In this document: in pieces, positions 63,804 to 64,000 of the stretch
Numbering within the stretch: position 1 is the first letter of the stretch
Layout: every line of letters begins with the position of its first letter
From: a virus
Lineage: Duplodnaviria > Caudoviricetes
Length of the DNA: 64,000 nucleotides
Virus record (IMG/VR): IMGVR_UViG_3300028591_000003
Location: 112,444-176,443 of that record
Direction: 5' to 3' (one strand)
The notes under the pieces: model-generated
What the model was told of the DNA's origin: nothing
Databases searched by the model: none
What the model saw: only the letters and a program-made list of their open reading frames with translations
Made by a program: the position numbers and the translations under genes

Positions 63804-64000
63804 TGGTTACAAATTACTTCAAAATGTTGATATTGCGGTTGTTCATATGTAATTTGAGGCCAATTCGGCGGAATATATGGAATCGGAATATATGGAATAT
63901 ACATTCTATTATTTTTATATAAGTCCTCAATTAACTGAACAGCTTCCTCTTCAGTTATATGTTCTTTTTTATATTGATTTAATATAATATAAAGACTATT
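63800..64000 (-). CDS. Hypothetical protein, 5'-partial
   Basis: Open from the window edge: ...ITEEEAVQLIEDLY...YIPYIPIPYIPPNWP...CNQ-TGA. Confidence 0.55.
   Translation of the reverse strand, partial: NSLYIILNQYKKEHITEEEAVQLIEDLYKNNRMYIPYIPIPYIPPNWPQITYEQPQYQHFEVICNQ

Noticed and set aside
63860-63899. Short tandem repeat GGAATATATGGAAT
   Set aside because: Two copies encoding YIP/IP repeats within a CDS, not a CRISPR array or regulatory repeat.
1-64000. Suppressor tRNA, portal, terminase, CRISPR array and specific late promoters
   Set aside because: None could be recognised by eye in this window. The AT-rich intergenic sequence gave no motif I could defend.

Overview
AT-rich segment of a crAss-like (Crassvirales-type) Bacteroidota phage genome. 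The supplied ORF track is fragmented because the + strand late genes (1-60687) use TAG as a glutamine codon (code 15-type recoding). Read with TAG=Gln, the fragments join into about 35 abutting genes that end in TAA or TGA. In order these are LRR/BspA-like proteins, a six-gene module of unknown function, an HTH protein, a putative scaffold, and the major capsid protein split by a group I intron carrying a GIY-YIG homing endonuclease. Next come ring/tail proteins, a putative auxiliary capsid protein with a -1 frameshift signal, two stabilization/muzzle proteins, cargo proteins and a tail-type lysozyme. The block ends with four consecutive putative ejected proteins: an SF1 helicase-containing giant, the 3837-aa virion RNA polymerase (DYDID), a zincin, and a PD-(D/E)xK nuclease-containing protein. 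Beyond a convergent terminator (about 60726-60766), the - strand genes contain no TAG codons and include nadD and nadE. The best candidates for new biology are (i) a CCCTTTT plus pseudoknot frameshift that appends a GC-rich domain to a structural protein, (ii) head-to-tail terminal cysteines across the four large proteins, (iii) a shared [FYLM]-x-x-G-G tag on cargo proteins, and (iv) the 1639-4439 module. No tRNA, portal, terminase, reverse transcriptase or CRISPR array was seen. Long ORFs were verified by frame consistency and partial manual translation, not codon by codon. Structural gene names rest on motifs and gene order, not on database searches.
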